DNA of 64,000 nucleotides from Macrostomum lignano (Eukaryota): NCBI GenBank assembly GCA_002269645.1, contig NIVC01001234.1, positions 160,872 to 224,871 of the forward strand, read 5' to 3'. Shown piece by piece: positions 33,356 to 43,738 of this stretch (position 1 is its first letter; each line of letters starts with the position of its first letter). The notes under the pieces were generated by a model. It saw only the letters and a program-made list of their open reading frames with translations, ran no database searches and was not told where the DNA came from. The position numbers and the translations under genes were made by a program.

Positions 33356-34575
33356 AGTGAGAGACGTGAGGCTCTGAGGAACTCGTGACGACCCGCAGTC
33401 GGAGGCTACTTGTAGATTTCCAAGCTGTCACTTTTCCCACAGAGCGGGCGGCCATTAGGGGGAGTTGGTAAATGAGATCAGAGTGCCATTTCGCGCAGAA
33501 TCTCTGTTACACAGCAATAGTAGATTGTAAATTACTTAAAATCCTGGAGGACCTTGCTTAATTTCTCTTTGTCGATGCAGTTGTTATTATTGCTTTAGCG
33601 AGATGCACGCTTGGCCCGCGAAGGTCTGCAAACAAAAGTCCACAGTCGAGCTTTTTCAAGCGCATCCGCACGAGATTTTATTCGAAGTTGCTAATAGCAT
33701 TCGAAATCTTTGTTTACACCACTTTAAATATTGGCTATGAATTTCACTTGTTGTATGGACGAACTGCAGACTGTATTCTGCGCATAGAATTTCTCTTTTG
33801 TTATATTCTTGTACAAGGCCCACACAAATTAAACATATAGGTGTCGTGCATAGACCAGTAGGCATGAAATTTTGTGTTTCAAAGCTTCTTTATCCGACTG
33901 TGGCATTGTGCATTCACTGTGCTTCAATTATTTGAAATGCTGCTTTGTCGAGTTAATCAACCTAAATAAAATACATGATTGTTGTTACTGCTTGATTAAC
34001 CACGGTGGTTCATTAACCACTAAATTCAGCTTATAAAATGCTTAAAAGTTTTATCTATAACTTATTTCAAACTTTCAATTCGTGATGAAGGGGATGTGTA
34101 ACTTGCGAGCTAAGTACAAAATGTTGCCAAACAGTACCCTGGATCGGCTGTCCGACATCACCGAATGGAAGAAACAGATACCTCAGAAATTCAGGTAGAT
34201 GCGGGAACATCATGCAAACGCAAAAGAAGATAAAATTTCAAATAAATATCCGCACATCTGCCGATAAACATTGTCTGATGGTTGTTCAGGCGCGATCCGC
34301 GGAGAAAAACCTGTGACAGATTTGACAGCAATCCGCAGTCATCCCGCGGTGACAATGACACAAATAGAAGACCGAGAATACAGCTGCAAAGCTTCCAGAA
34401 GTTTCTAATCTTCGCTGAAAATACTTGCCACTGATTGCTGGCTTGTCACTGAATTCTGAGAAGCGACATGCTTAGTGTCACCCGCCCGAGCTCGCGCGTG
34501 ACTCAGCTGCTCAGCGCATGGATATAGATCTAAGCTGGCATCGGCTGACAACCGACAGACACGAGCGTTCCTGTG

Positions 34576-34582
34576 TATAAAA
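34576..34582 (+). promoter_or_regulatory. TATA box upstream of the defensin-like gene
   Basis: TATAAAA 100 bp upstream of the ATG at 34676. Confidence 0.55.
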
Positions 34583-34675
34583 GAGAAAACATTGGACCGT
34601 CTGTTTTGAAGCAGCAATCTGGTCTCCCTTCTGCATGTTGATACAAAAGCTTCCAAAACTCCAAAAGCTCTGGCC

Positions 34676-35015
34676 ATGTCTGCTAGCAAAGCTGCTGTGA
34701 TCATCTTCCTGCTCGGTTGGCTGATTTCCGCTGGCCAGGCGGTGCGGCGCCCCAGCCCGATGGAGCTGTCCCGAACGGAGGTCAAGCGAATTCGCATGGA
34801 CAGTGAGTTGACAGCTCGTAATGCTTTTAGGAACAAAACAGCAGAACTTTTTTCTGATCACCGGTTCACTTTCTGTTCCAGCGCACCAAGCTTTCGTGCC
34901 GTTCTGCAGCTACCGATGCAAGGTGCACTTCGGGCCGGAGCGCCAGTGCATCGGCTACTTCAATCCGAAGACGAGCGTCTGCTATTGCGTGTGCACCAAA
35001 CCGGCTCCGGCCTGA
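34676..35015 (+). CDS. Secreted 86-aa six-cysteine (CSab defensin/mytilin-like) peptide precursor. Exons 34676-34802 and 34882-35015
   Basis: Spliced product MSASKAAVIIFLLGWLISAGQA-VRRPSPMELSRTEVKR-IRMDTHQAFVPFCSYRCKVHFGPERQCIGYFNPKTSVCYCVCTKPAPA; 79-bp phase-1 GTGAG...TTCCAG intron; signal peptide, KR site, CxxxC and CxCxC. Confidence 0.75.
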
Positions 35016-35258
35016 GTGCGAGCCAGAGCGCTTTGAGCGCTTCTCTATGGACAAGAAAGACAAACAATTTTCGCACCGTTGCACTTTGCAAGACAAAAAT
35101 GCGAAGAAAAAAAGTTGCACAATGTTAGATTTCAATTTTTCTGCACACATAACAGGTTAAACTATAAAGTATGCGAAATTAGGAAACACAACGATTAAAG
35201 CGAAGCCATAAATACAGGTACATGCCGCAAAAAGTTGTTATTTTTCAAATTTTTATAG

Positions 35259-35820
35259 TGGACAAGTCGTGATACCTGCGGTTTAGGCTACTGGTTTTCT
35301 ATTGCTAAGGATTATGAGTGGATTATTGTCTGCTGTACTGATTTGAGATTTGGTAGTTTCGCTGCCACCAGGTTCCTGCTGTTCCCTAATTCTAGCTTTT
35401 AGGTTTAAAGAACTGAGCCAGGACACCAATTTAGATTTAGTTAACACAAAAAAAATATTTAATAAAAGTAAATTACGGTACAAAAGTTAGTTTTGTTTTA
35501 CATTAACTCCTTATTCCCGCTATAGTGCTTTGGGCAAGACTCCCAGTATTTTAGAGGCAAGACTCCTCTGTGCAAGCCTAACCCTTATATTTCCCTTTCT
35601 TACCACTTCTTCGCGAACTCTCTAAGTTAAACAGGAGAAGACACTCCAACGAAAGGCTTTCTTTCCCAAGAGCCCAACTGCTCTGTATTTCTAAAGGAAC
35701 CCCGATTTTATCCACTTACCCCCGCTCTAATTATTTTCCCGGGTTGAAACTACTGATAGTAGGGTAAAAGCATATTTAAACCCACAAAATTTCCCGTTCC
35801 TAAAATAATGCCCTACTACA
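35259..35820 (-). repeat. 3' LTR
   Basis: Differs from the 5' LTR by one substitution and one indel near 35271-35278 by my reading. Confidence 0.97.
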
Positions 35821-35830
35821 CCTCCCCCTC
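35821..35830 (-). other. Polypurine tract
   Basis: GAGGGGGAGG directly before the TG of the 3' LTR on the minus strand. Confidence 0.9.
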
Positions 35831-35928
35831 GCTACAAAAATGTGCAAAACCCCCTTTTGTACATTGATGATTATATTTATTAACAAAATTTGAGTTACGT
35901 AATAAGTATTAGTGCGCTTATCAGCGAT

Positions 35929-38032
35929 AAACAACAACAACAACAAAATACGCTGTCATGATGGTAAAAGTCAGCGTCACAGGGCGCGCTTCATGGCTTG
36001 GGCGCGAACAAAGGCCGCGCCACCGGCAGTGTCCGGGGCGCCGGCGTCAGCCAGCAGACAGTCGACATAACGCCGAGTTCGCGCTTGACCTCGCCGGTAG
36101 GGTGCCTGCAGCGTGAGCAGCAGCACCTCCTGCACCGGCTGTGGGCAGTACGACTCGGCGCGGATGAGATGGCCTGCGAGCTGGAGTCGCCGACGGCGCA
36201 GTAGATCACTTGGACGTGGCAGGCCAGCGCGGCGATAGAGTGCCGCGTTGGTGACTCGCTCGACGCCGATGTTGAAGGCGGCGCGCAGCAGACCAGCGTG
36301 CGCCGCATCGACTTGCTGTTCGAGTGAGTCCGTCAGCGTCCAGGTCTCGGCGTTGTACAGCAGGACGGTCTCGATTACCGCCTGGAACAGCGCCGCCCTC
36401 TGGCGGTCCGGTAGGGCCTCGGACTGCAGGACTGCCCTCACAGAACGAAAGGCAGCCCAGGCAAGCCCGCGGCGGCGTCGCAGGTCCTCGCGAGCGTCTG
36501 GAACCAGACCGCCGAGGTAGACGAACTGCTGACATCGCGGGAGTTCGGTCGCCTGCCCGTCAGCGCCTCGGCAAAATATTGCAGCCTCGATGTCGTCCGG
36601 CACGCAGAGCACAACGGTCTTCTGCGTGTTGACCACCAGGCCGACACTCGCCGCAACGGCAACCAGCCTGTCCAGCTGCCGTTGGGCGCCCTCGACGGTC
36701 GAGGACAGCAGGGCGAGGTCGTCGGCGTAGCCAAGCACGCTGAGCCGCTTCTCCGGTTGACGTCGACCCACGCGTCGCTGCAGCAGAAAACCGTCGTCGT
36801 CGGTAGGAAGAGCAGTCCGCAGCACCCAGTCAAGCACCAGGACGAACAGAAACGGCGCCAGCGTATCTCCCTGAAGCACTCCGGAGGATGTCTCAAAGGA
36901 GTCCGATAGGCCGTCCGGTGTTGTCACAGCAGCTGTCGTATCACGGTACATCGCCATGACGGCGGAGATCAGCTGCTCAGGCACGTTGTACGCGCGGAGC
37001 ACCATTGGAAGCACGGCTCTGACAACCGAGTCGAATGCCTTCTTGAAATCAATAAAGATTAAAATCAGTATCGACTGACGAATCCGCGCCTCCTCGATGA
37101 CTCGGCGAAGAGCCAGGATCTGCGCCACTGTGCCGCGATGGGGCCGGAACCCGTTCTGCTCTGGGCGCAGGTACGGATCCAGCACGGGCTGCAACCGCGA
37201 AAGCAGCATCCGGTTGAACAGCTTCGCTGCACAGGACTGAAGGCAGATGCCTCGATGGTCTTCAAGCCTAGTGGTGCCCGGCTTCTTTGGAACAGCGACG
37301 ATGTGCGCCGTGGTCCATTCGTTGGGCGCCGCCTCACCGAAGAGCACGCGGTTCATCACTCTGGCGACCTCAGCGGCCACACAGGGGATGCGCAGCGCCT
37401 CGATGGGCACCTCGTCCGGACCCAGCGCTTTCCCGCCCGGTGACTGCTGGGCGAGCTTGACAACGTCGGCTGCGTTGACTGGGGCTACGCTGAAACTCTC
37501 CTCTGCCGGCAGCGGCGTCTCCGGCGGCAGCGTCAGACTGTCTGGCAGCGGGGGTGGCGGCGCGTTGACGATGGCGGCGAAGAACTCGCGCAGCTCGTTC
37601 CTACGCTCGTCCGGCGTGTCACCAGCCAGGTTCAGCGGATTGCGCCGCTTTCGTCCCGTCAGAGCGTTGATGGCGGACCAGGCCACGCGCCCTCTGGCAT
37701 CGGGCCCAGCGGCAGAGACAGCCTGAATGGCGTCATCGACAGCCGCTTGTTGGCGCTGCAGGTAGACAGCTGCCAGAGCTGCCTCTGCCTCGCGGGTTGG
37801 TCGCCTGCTCAAGCGGAGCTTCTCCAGATCTTCCCTCGCTGCCTGAATCGCGGGGTCGTCCTGCCAGACCGGCTGCCCACGTTGAGCCGGCTGCATCATC
37901 GGGACTGCTTGCTCCGCGGCGGTTCTGATTGCAGCGCACACTTCCGCATACTCGGCACTTCCACGCTTGTCGCCCAGCGCGGTGTTAAAGGCGCTAGCAA
38001 AGCGACGCTGCGTATCGGCGATGTACTCAGTA
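35929..38032 (-). mobile_element. 5'-truncated RTE-clade non-LTR retrotransposon with uninterrupted RT ORF
   Basis: RGICLQSCAAKLF, EQNGFRPHRGT, FIDFKKAFDSV, GVLQGDTLAPFLF, GYADDLALL, FVYLG, VLLYNAETWTL; (TTG)n tail at 35929-35946; 9-bp TSD ATCAGCGAT at 35920-35928 and 38033-38041; no endonuclease domain. Confidence 0.92.
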
Positions 38033-38442
38033 ATCAGCGATGTACTGAGTATAACAACTATTATGAATATGAAAATGTAATGCGTAAACATGAATTCCTA
38101 GACAATGTAGGATATATAATGAATTATTGATATTAAGTTGCATATTGCTATATTGCTAAAACAAAAACAACAAAAAAAATTTTTTTAGCACACTACAACA
38201 ACAAGATATAAGCATAAGTGGTGTGTGTCTTATTAGCATCGGATTGAGTAATGTTGGCACTATTAAGAATAACATGTAGACATATCAAAAATAGAAAACT
38301 GCACGCAACGTAAAATGTGGACAGGTCCTTATGTAAAAAAAGGAAGTGCTATGATTAAAGCAAGGCAGCGATTTAATGCAATTTGTCCCTAGAGATGGTA
38401 AAAATAGCCAATATATAGTAAAATGCAGTTCGATTACTCTAG

Positions 38443-39171
38443 TTAGATGTCGTGTACAGGCCGAAGATTATTAGTGTTTTGCGCCGATGCATACAATAAG
38501 CCGTTGACCGGGATCATTTGGCGCTCCGGGTCGAATTTTCCCGCCAAGAACTCTAGTTGCTCCATGGTGACGCTCATACTGAAGGGGCCGCGTGCGTTAC
38601 TTTCCGCATACTGGAGGCAATAGGTACAGGCTATTTCGTAGCACTTAATTGCCTCCTCCTTGGTCGCTGTCGTTAAGAAACGCGCGCAGGCTTCGGGTAA
38701 TTCGGTTTCGAACATACCGGTCTTACCCGTCCTTAGTATGTACTTCTTGAGGGCCCGGCGGCAGCGTCTAAACTTCCTCTTTTGCTCCTCTGGGTCTACT
38801 TGCGGCTCGGCTGGCTCCTCTGCTGGTTGCTGTCGCTCTTCTTCTTCCTCTAATCCGTCTTCCTGCTGGCTTCCTTCCTCATACTGTCGCACCTCTTCCA
38901 TGAATCTGGTCATTTCCTCTCGGAACGCTTCTTCCTCTCTTTCCGTCTCCCTTTCCAACTCTTCCAAGTCTATGTCCACGACCAGTTTTCCTTCGGGCTC
39001 ACCGCTCTCTTCCGGTTGCTCTAATTTCCGCTTTTTACCGCTTGTCGCGACACTATCGCTTACTTCTTGAACAGCCCTAATTCTTGGGGGTTCATTTTCT
39101 GAAGCTGCCTGTTTTCCTTGTTGGCCATAGATTCGCTTTTTTGGATAGACGCGGATTGGGGCGTCGGCCAT
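38443..39171 (-). CDS. Gypsy accessory ORF3, 242 aa, acidic, with NLS-like motifs, unknown function
   Basis: Open ATG-to-stop ORF starting 2 nt after the pol stop; PKKR, KKRK, KRKFRRCRR; no signal peptide or TM segment. Confidence 0.75.
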   Translation of the reverse strand: MADAPIRVYPKKRIYGQQGKQAASENEPPRIRAVQEVSDSVATSGKKRKLEQPEESGEPEGKLVVDIDLEELERETEREEEAFREEMTRFMEEVRQYEEGSQQEDGLEEEEERQQPAEEPAEPQVDPEEQKRKFRRCRRALKKYILRTGKTGMFETELPEACARFLTTATKEEAIKCYEIACTYCLQYAESNARGPFSMSVTMEQLEFLAGKFDPERQMIPVNGLLYASAQNTNNLRPVHDI

Positions 39172-39173
39172 AG

Positions 39174-42100
39174 TTAATTAGTTTTAGGCTGTAAGAGGTT
39201 AAATGGGTTAAACAACTCCGCTATCCTCTGCACATAACTTTTCTGGTTTGGCCTGACTGTTAATCTATCTGGAGCATGACGCTCTCTAGCTGGCCTAGCT
39301 TCTAAATTAATCCCTAAATTATTATTGTTATTATTTAATTGTACCGGCATAACTCCTTGTACACCTACTAAATTATTTTGATTATTATTTTGATGCTGCA
39401 CTTGTTGATTTGGCACTGACTGCACATTATTTTGATTTTGCACTGGCATAAACTGCTCATTATTTTGATTTTGCACTGGCATAAACTGCTCATTATTTTG
39501 ATGTTGCACTGGCATAAACTGCACTGCGTCCTCGTACTCATCGTCGCTTTCTGAGTCATTGTACACATTCGGCTGGCTATTGGCTAACTGTTCCCTATTG
39601 TATTGTTTCCTCTGCTCTTTTGGCTTAGTACTAGCTTCTTCTTCCTGATAATCTGCTTGCGGTACTTTCTTTAAATTATCCCTATGCATAATAAGTTCTT
39701 CCTTTCTAGCCTTCTTATTTTTGGTAACTGGTCTAATCTTAAAGACTACTTCCGATAATTGTTCTACAATTTCTTAAACTGCCCTTTGTTTTCTGTGAAA
39801 TTTGTTAGCCTCTGTGTTAGCAATTACTGGATTATTGATAAATACTAAGCTTCCTACAGGCAATGTTTTCGGCTTAGGCTTGTTAGAGTACTCCTGCTCA
39901 CGGTTTTGTTGCACTAATTTTAATCTCTTTCTCGCTAGTTCTTGGCCTTCCTGCAGATTCTGCTGATGTTCCTGGACATAAGATGGCAGGTCCTGAAACT
40001 GCTTTGGCTCGTTCAGCTCATTGTCACAGGGCATTCTGGCCTCTCGTCCAAAGACTAAATAGTGCGGACTAAATCCTGTGGCAGTGTGCGTGCTGGTTCT
40101 CAGAGCTGTTATGCAACCTGGCAACAGAACGTCCCAGTTGGAATGCTCCTTCTCCAGTAAACAGGTGAGAATTGATTTAATCTGCTTATTAAGGTTTTCT
40201 ACTAAGCCATTGCTCTGCGGATGATAACTAGTTGTTCGAGTGTGTCTAATGCCATAGAGGTCTAAAAATTTCTTAAAGGCCCTACCAGTGAACTGTGTTC
40301 CCTGGTCTGTGTGAATCCATTGTGGAATCCCAAAATCAGCGAAAACTCGTTCTTGTAGAATTTTGATAACTGTTTTAGCCTTCTGATTCCTAATTGCGAA
40401 TGCGAATGGAAATTTGCTAGTGCTGTCTATGACTGAAAGTACATATTTGTTTCCTGATTTGCTGTTTGGCCAATAGGTCCTATTAGATCTATGTGCAATC
40501 TACCGAACGGTTCGACTACAGGATAGTTCTGAATTGGTGCCTAATTCTTCTTCTAGTTTGCTTTCTAGGCATGATTTACATTTGGCTACGTAGCGTTCAA
40601 CTGCTGTTGCTAATCCTGGCCTCCAAAATCGAATTTTAATTCTCTGATAAGTTTTATCTCGACCTAGGTGTCCCGCTAACGGTGAATCATGGAATTGGTG
40701 AAAGACTTCACTATCCAGAGACTTGGGCAACACTACCTTTGGATCAGTCTGCCCCATAGATAAGTCTACTTTGAGTACGCCGTCCTCAATTCTGAGCAAC
40801 TCATAGTAACCTAAGAGGTTCCTACAGTCGTGGGTTAACTCTAGTCGTTCTTGAAATGTCGGTTTAGGCGAGTCATTTTCGATTAAATTTCTAACAAAGC
40901 CTACCGCCGGATCGGCTAGCTGTGCTGCGATCAATTGGTCACGGCGAACTGGGCTACGGAGATAGTCACTGAGCAGGGCATTGCATGCAGGCGGATTTCC
41001 GGTTTTAGGCTCCTGTCCCTGTCTATTGTCTAGCCTACTGCTACTAAAGATCGGAGTATTGTGTCGGTTCGTGACAGTGTCTTGTGACGAACAGCATGAC
41101 GGAACTCCACTGCTCGAGCTACAGGTTTCAGCGAACGCGGAATTGCCTGAGCTGACAGTAAAAGCTGATGCTGGGTCTGTATTCACAGTTGCCCTACAGC
41201 TTAGCGACCTGGCATGTGGGGACATCTCTTCCGGTTGAGGATCAGGGATCCTGGATAGAGCGTCAGCATTCACATGTTTAGGGCCACTCCTATGTTCTAT
41301 CTCAAAATCAAATTCGGAAAGTCTTTCGATCCAACGACCTAAAATGCCTGTCTGTTCGGTTTGGCGAAGCAACCAGGTTAGGGCATTGTGATCAGTGCGC
41401 ACCTTAAAATGTTTTCCTACGAGGTAAAATCTAAAGTACTTCAGCGAGTCAACAATCGCTAGAAGCTCCTTCCTCGTAATTGGATATCTAGTTTCTGACT
41501 GCCTCATCTTCCGACTATAATACGCGATCGGTCTTTCTATGCCGTCGCTCTGAACTTGATTCAAGACCGCCCCAATTCTGACATCTGATGCATCAGTGTC
41601 TAACACAAAATAAACTTGGGGGTCTGTATTGAACTCTGGGTAAGCAAGCACTTCTTCGGAACACATCCGTTCCTTCAACAGTTCGAAGCATTCATCATGA
41701 ATCCTGGTCCATTTGTCCTGGATACACTTGATGTTCTTCTTGGTCAACTCACAGAGTGGTGCTGCTACCTCGGCAAAATCTCTAACGAATTTTCTATAGT
41801 AATTACAGAGTCCGAGAAAACTTCGAAGCTCTGTCACAGATTTAGGTTTCGGCCAGTTCCTAATTGCTTCTAATTTTGACGCATCTCTCTTAATTCCTGT
41901 TTTGCCTATGACGTGTCCTAGATATTGTAATACTGATTTGAAAAGGTGACATTTCTTAGCCTTTAGTTTCATGTTAGCTTGTATTAGTCTCTTGAGCACT
42001 TCTTTCAGGTGTTCTAAATGCGATTCAAAGTCTGCACTATAAACTATTACATCGTCTAAGTAAGCTATATGGCGAACTTCTGTGCAATGTCCTTAAGAAC

Positions 42101-43738
42101 TAAGTTCATGCACCTTTGAAAAGTTCCTGGAGCTCCTTGCAATCCCATTGGCAAAACTTCGTACTCAAACGAGCCTCGATGTAAGGTTGGAAAGCTAGTC
42201 TTGCACTTATCTTCTTCCCTAAGAGCTATCTGATAATATCCCGAAAATAGATCTAACGTAGAAAATTGACTGGCTCCATGGAGACATGAAAATGTTTCAT
42301 TGATATTAGTTATTGGATACGGAAAGTACTCTGATTTATTGTTTAGTGCTCGATAGTCGTTAACTAATCTCAGCGAACCGTCTTTCTTAGGTACTATGAC
42401 TAATGGAGTCGAGTACTGCGAGTAACTAGGCCTAATTATGCCTCTAGCCAACATGAGATCCAACTGCTCATCTACCTCCTTAATCCAATGAGGTGGAATC
42501 TTCCTAGCTGGTATCTGAACTGGGTTGTTGTCCTTCAAGATAATCTCATGAGTGACTAAATGCGTTCTGCCTAAGTCTAACTCGTGCTGCGAGAAAGCTG
42601 CTGAATGTTCCTTGACGACCTCGATCACCTTCTGTCTCTGTTCCTGAGTCAGTTCAGTTCCTATGTTGATTTCACTAATCCAGTCTTCTGACTTCTCCTG
42701 CACTTGACTGATCTTTTCTCTGCTTCCGCAAGACTGCGTGCTCTTATTCTGCTCCTCTTCTGGCTGTTCCTTCAGATAGTTAAGCTCGCTAGCTAAGAGT
42801 GGTTTAGCCATCCCAACTAATGCTGATGCTGGTACTCTAGCTTCCTGTGAACTGGTGTTAATCACTTCTAAATAAGCTTCCCCTTGTCTTAGAGTTACTA
42901 AACTTGGCACTACGGTTACCTTCTCTGTTCTAGTCTTTAATCCTGATCTGAGTGGCTCAACAACTGATGGCACTCCGAAATTAGTTTCACTACCTGTTGC
43001 TAATCTCACCTTGACTAATCCTGAACTATTGGCTGGAACTGTCGTCTTTTCTGCGACATAGATTCTCCTAACCTGAGGCTTAGCTCTGGTTGATCGAAGC
43101 GGAATTCTAGTTCCTTGTTTCATGGTTAGCATTCCTGCATCGAAGTCAATAGTAGTACAATAATTTTGGACAAACGTCACACCTATTACATTGTCTACAT
43201 CTGCGTCACATAATAGAAACTCAACTTCTTCTTCGAAATCGCCAAATGTTGCCTTAATATCTACGAAACCCTTAATTGGAATAGGCTCTTCCATAAAAGA
43301 AACAATTCTATTGTCCCAATGCTTAATTAGATGCCTATTCTTGCCAGTGAAAAGATGCTTCCAGGTTTCGCGTCCTAAGATATTTCTATTACTGCCAGTG
43401 TCTAATAGATAAACTATTTCCTTATTTAAAATGCTGCCAGTGATGTACGGATCGTAACTTTGCTTTTTAGTTTGTTCAGTTAATTTTGGTTGTTTTAGCT
43501 GCTGCTTGCTAGAATAGGGTTGCTGTTGTGGTGCGGTTGAAAAGTGCTGAGAGTAAATGTTTGGTTGATTAAATGATTGATTAAATGATTGCGCATGCCT
43601 ACTGTTATACACTGAAGAATTCAATTCACTATTTACAGAAAAAGTATCGCTGCTATTTACAGGTTGTGAGGCTACAGACTGTGAGGGATCTACTGCTGGA
43701 AAGCGTTGCCTCCGACGCTTCCGTCTACTCCGTTTCCC
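39174..43738 (-). CDS. pol: Gypsy pol (protease, RT, RNase H, integrase), interrupted in this sequence by several frameshifts and one in-frame stop
   Basis: YLLDTGS; [42 protein letters not shown] (frame break near 42068); VLDTDAS, RTDHNAL; [12 protein letters not shown]; [25 protein letters not shown] (breaks near 40545 and 40470; TAA at 39774). Confidence 0.9.

Noticed and set aside
38443-39171. ORF3 as a retroviral-type env
   Set aside because: No signal peptide, furin site or transmembrane anchor.
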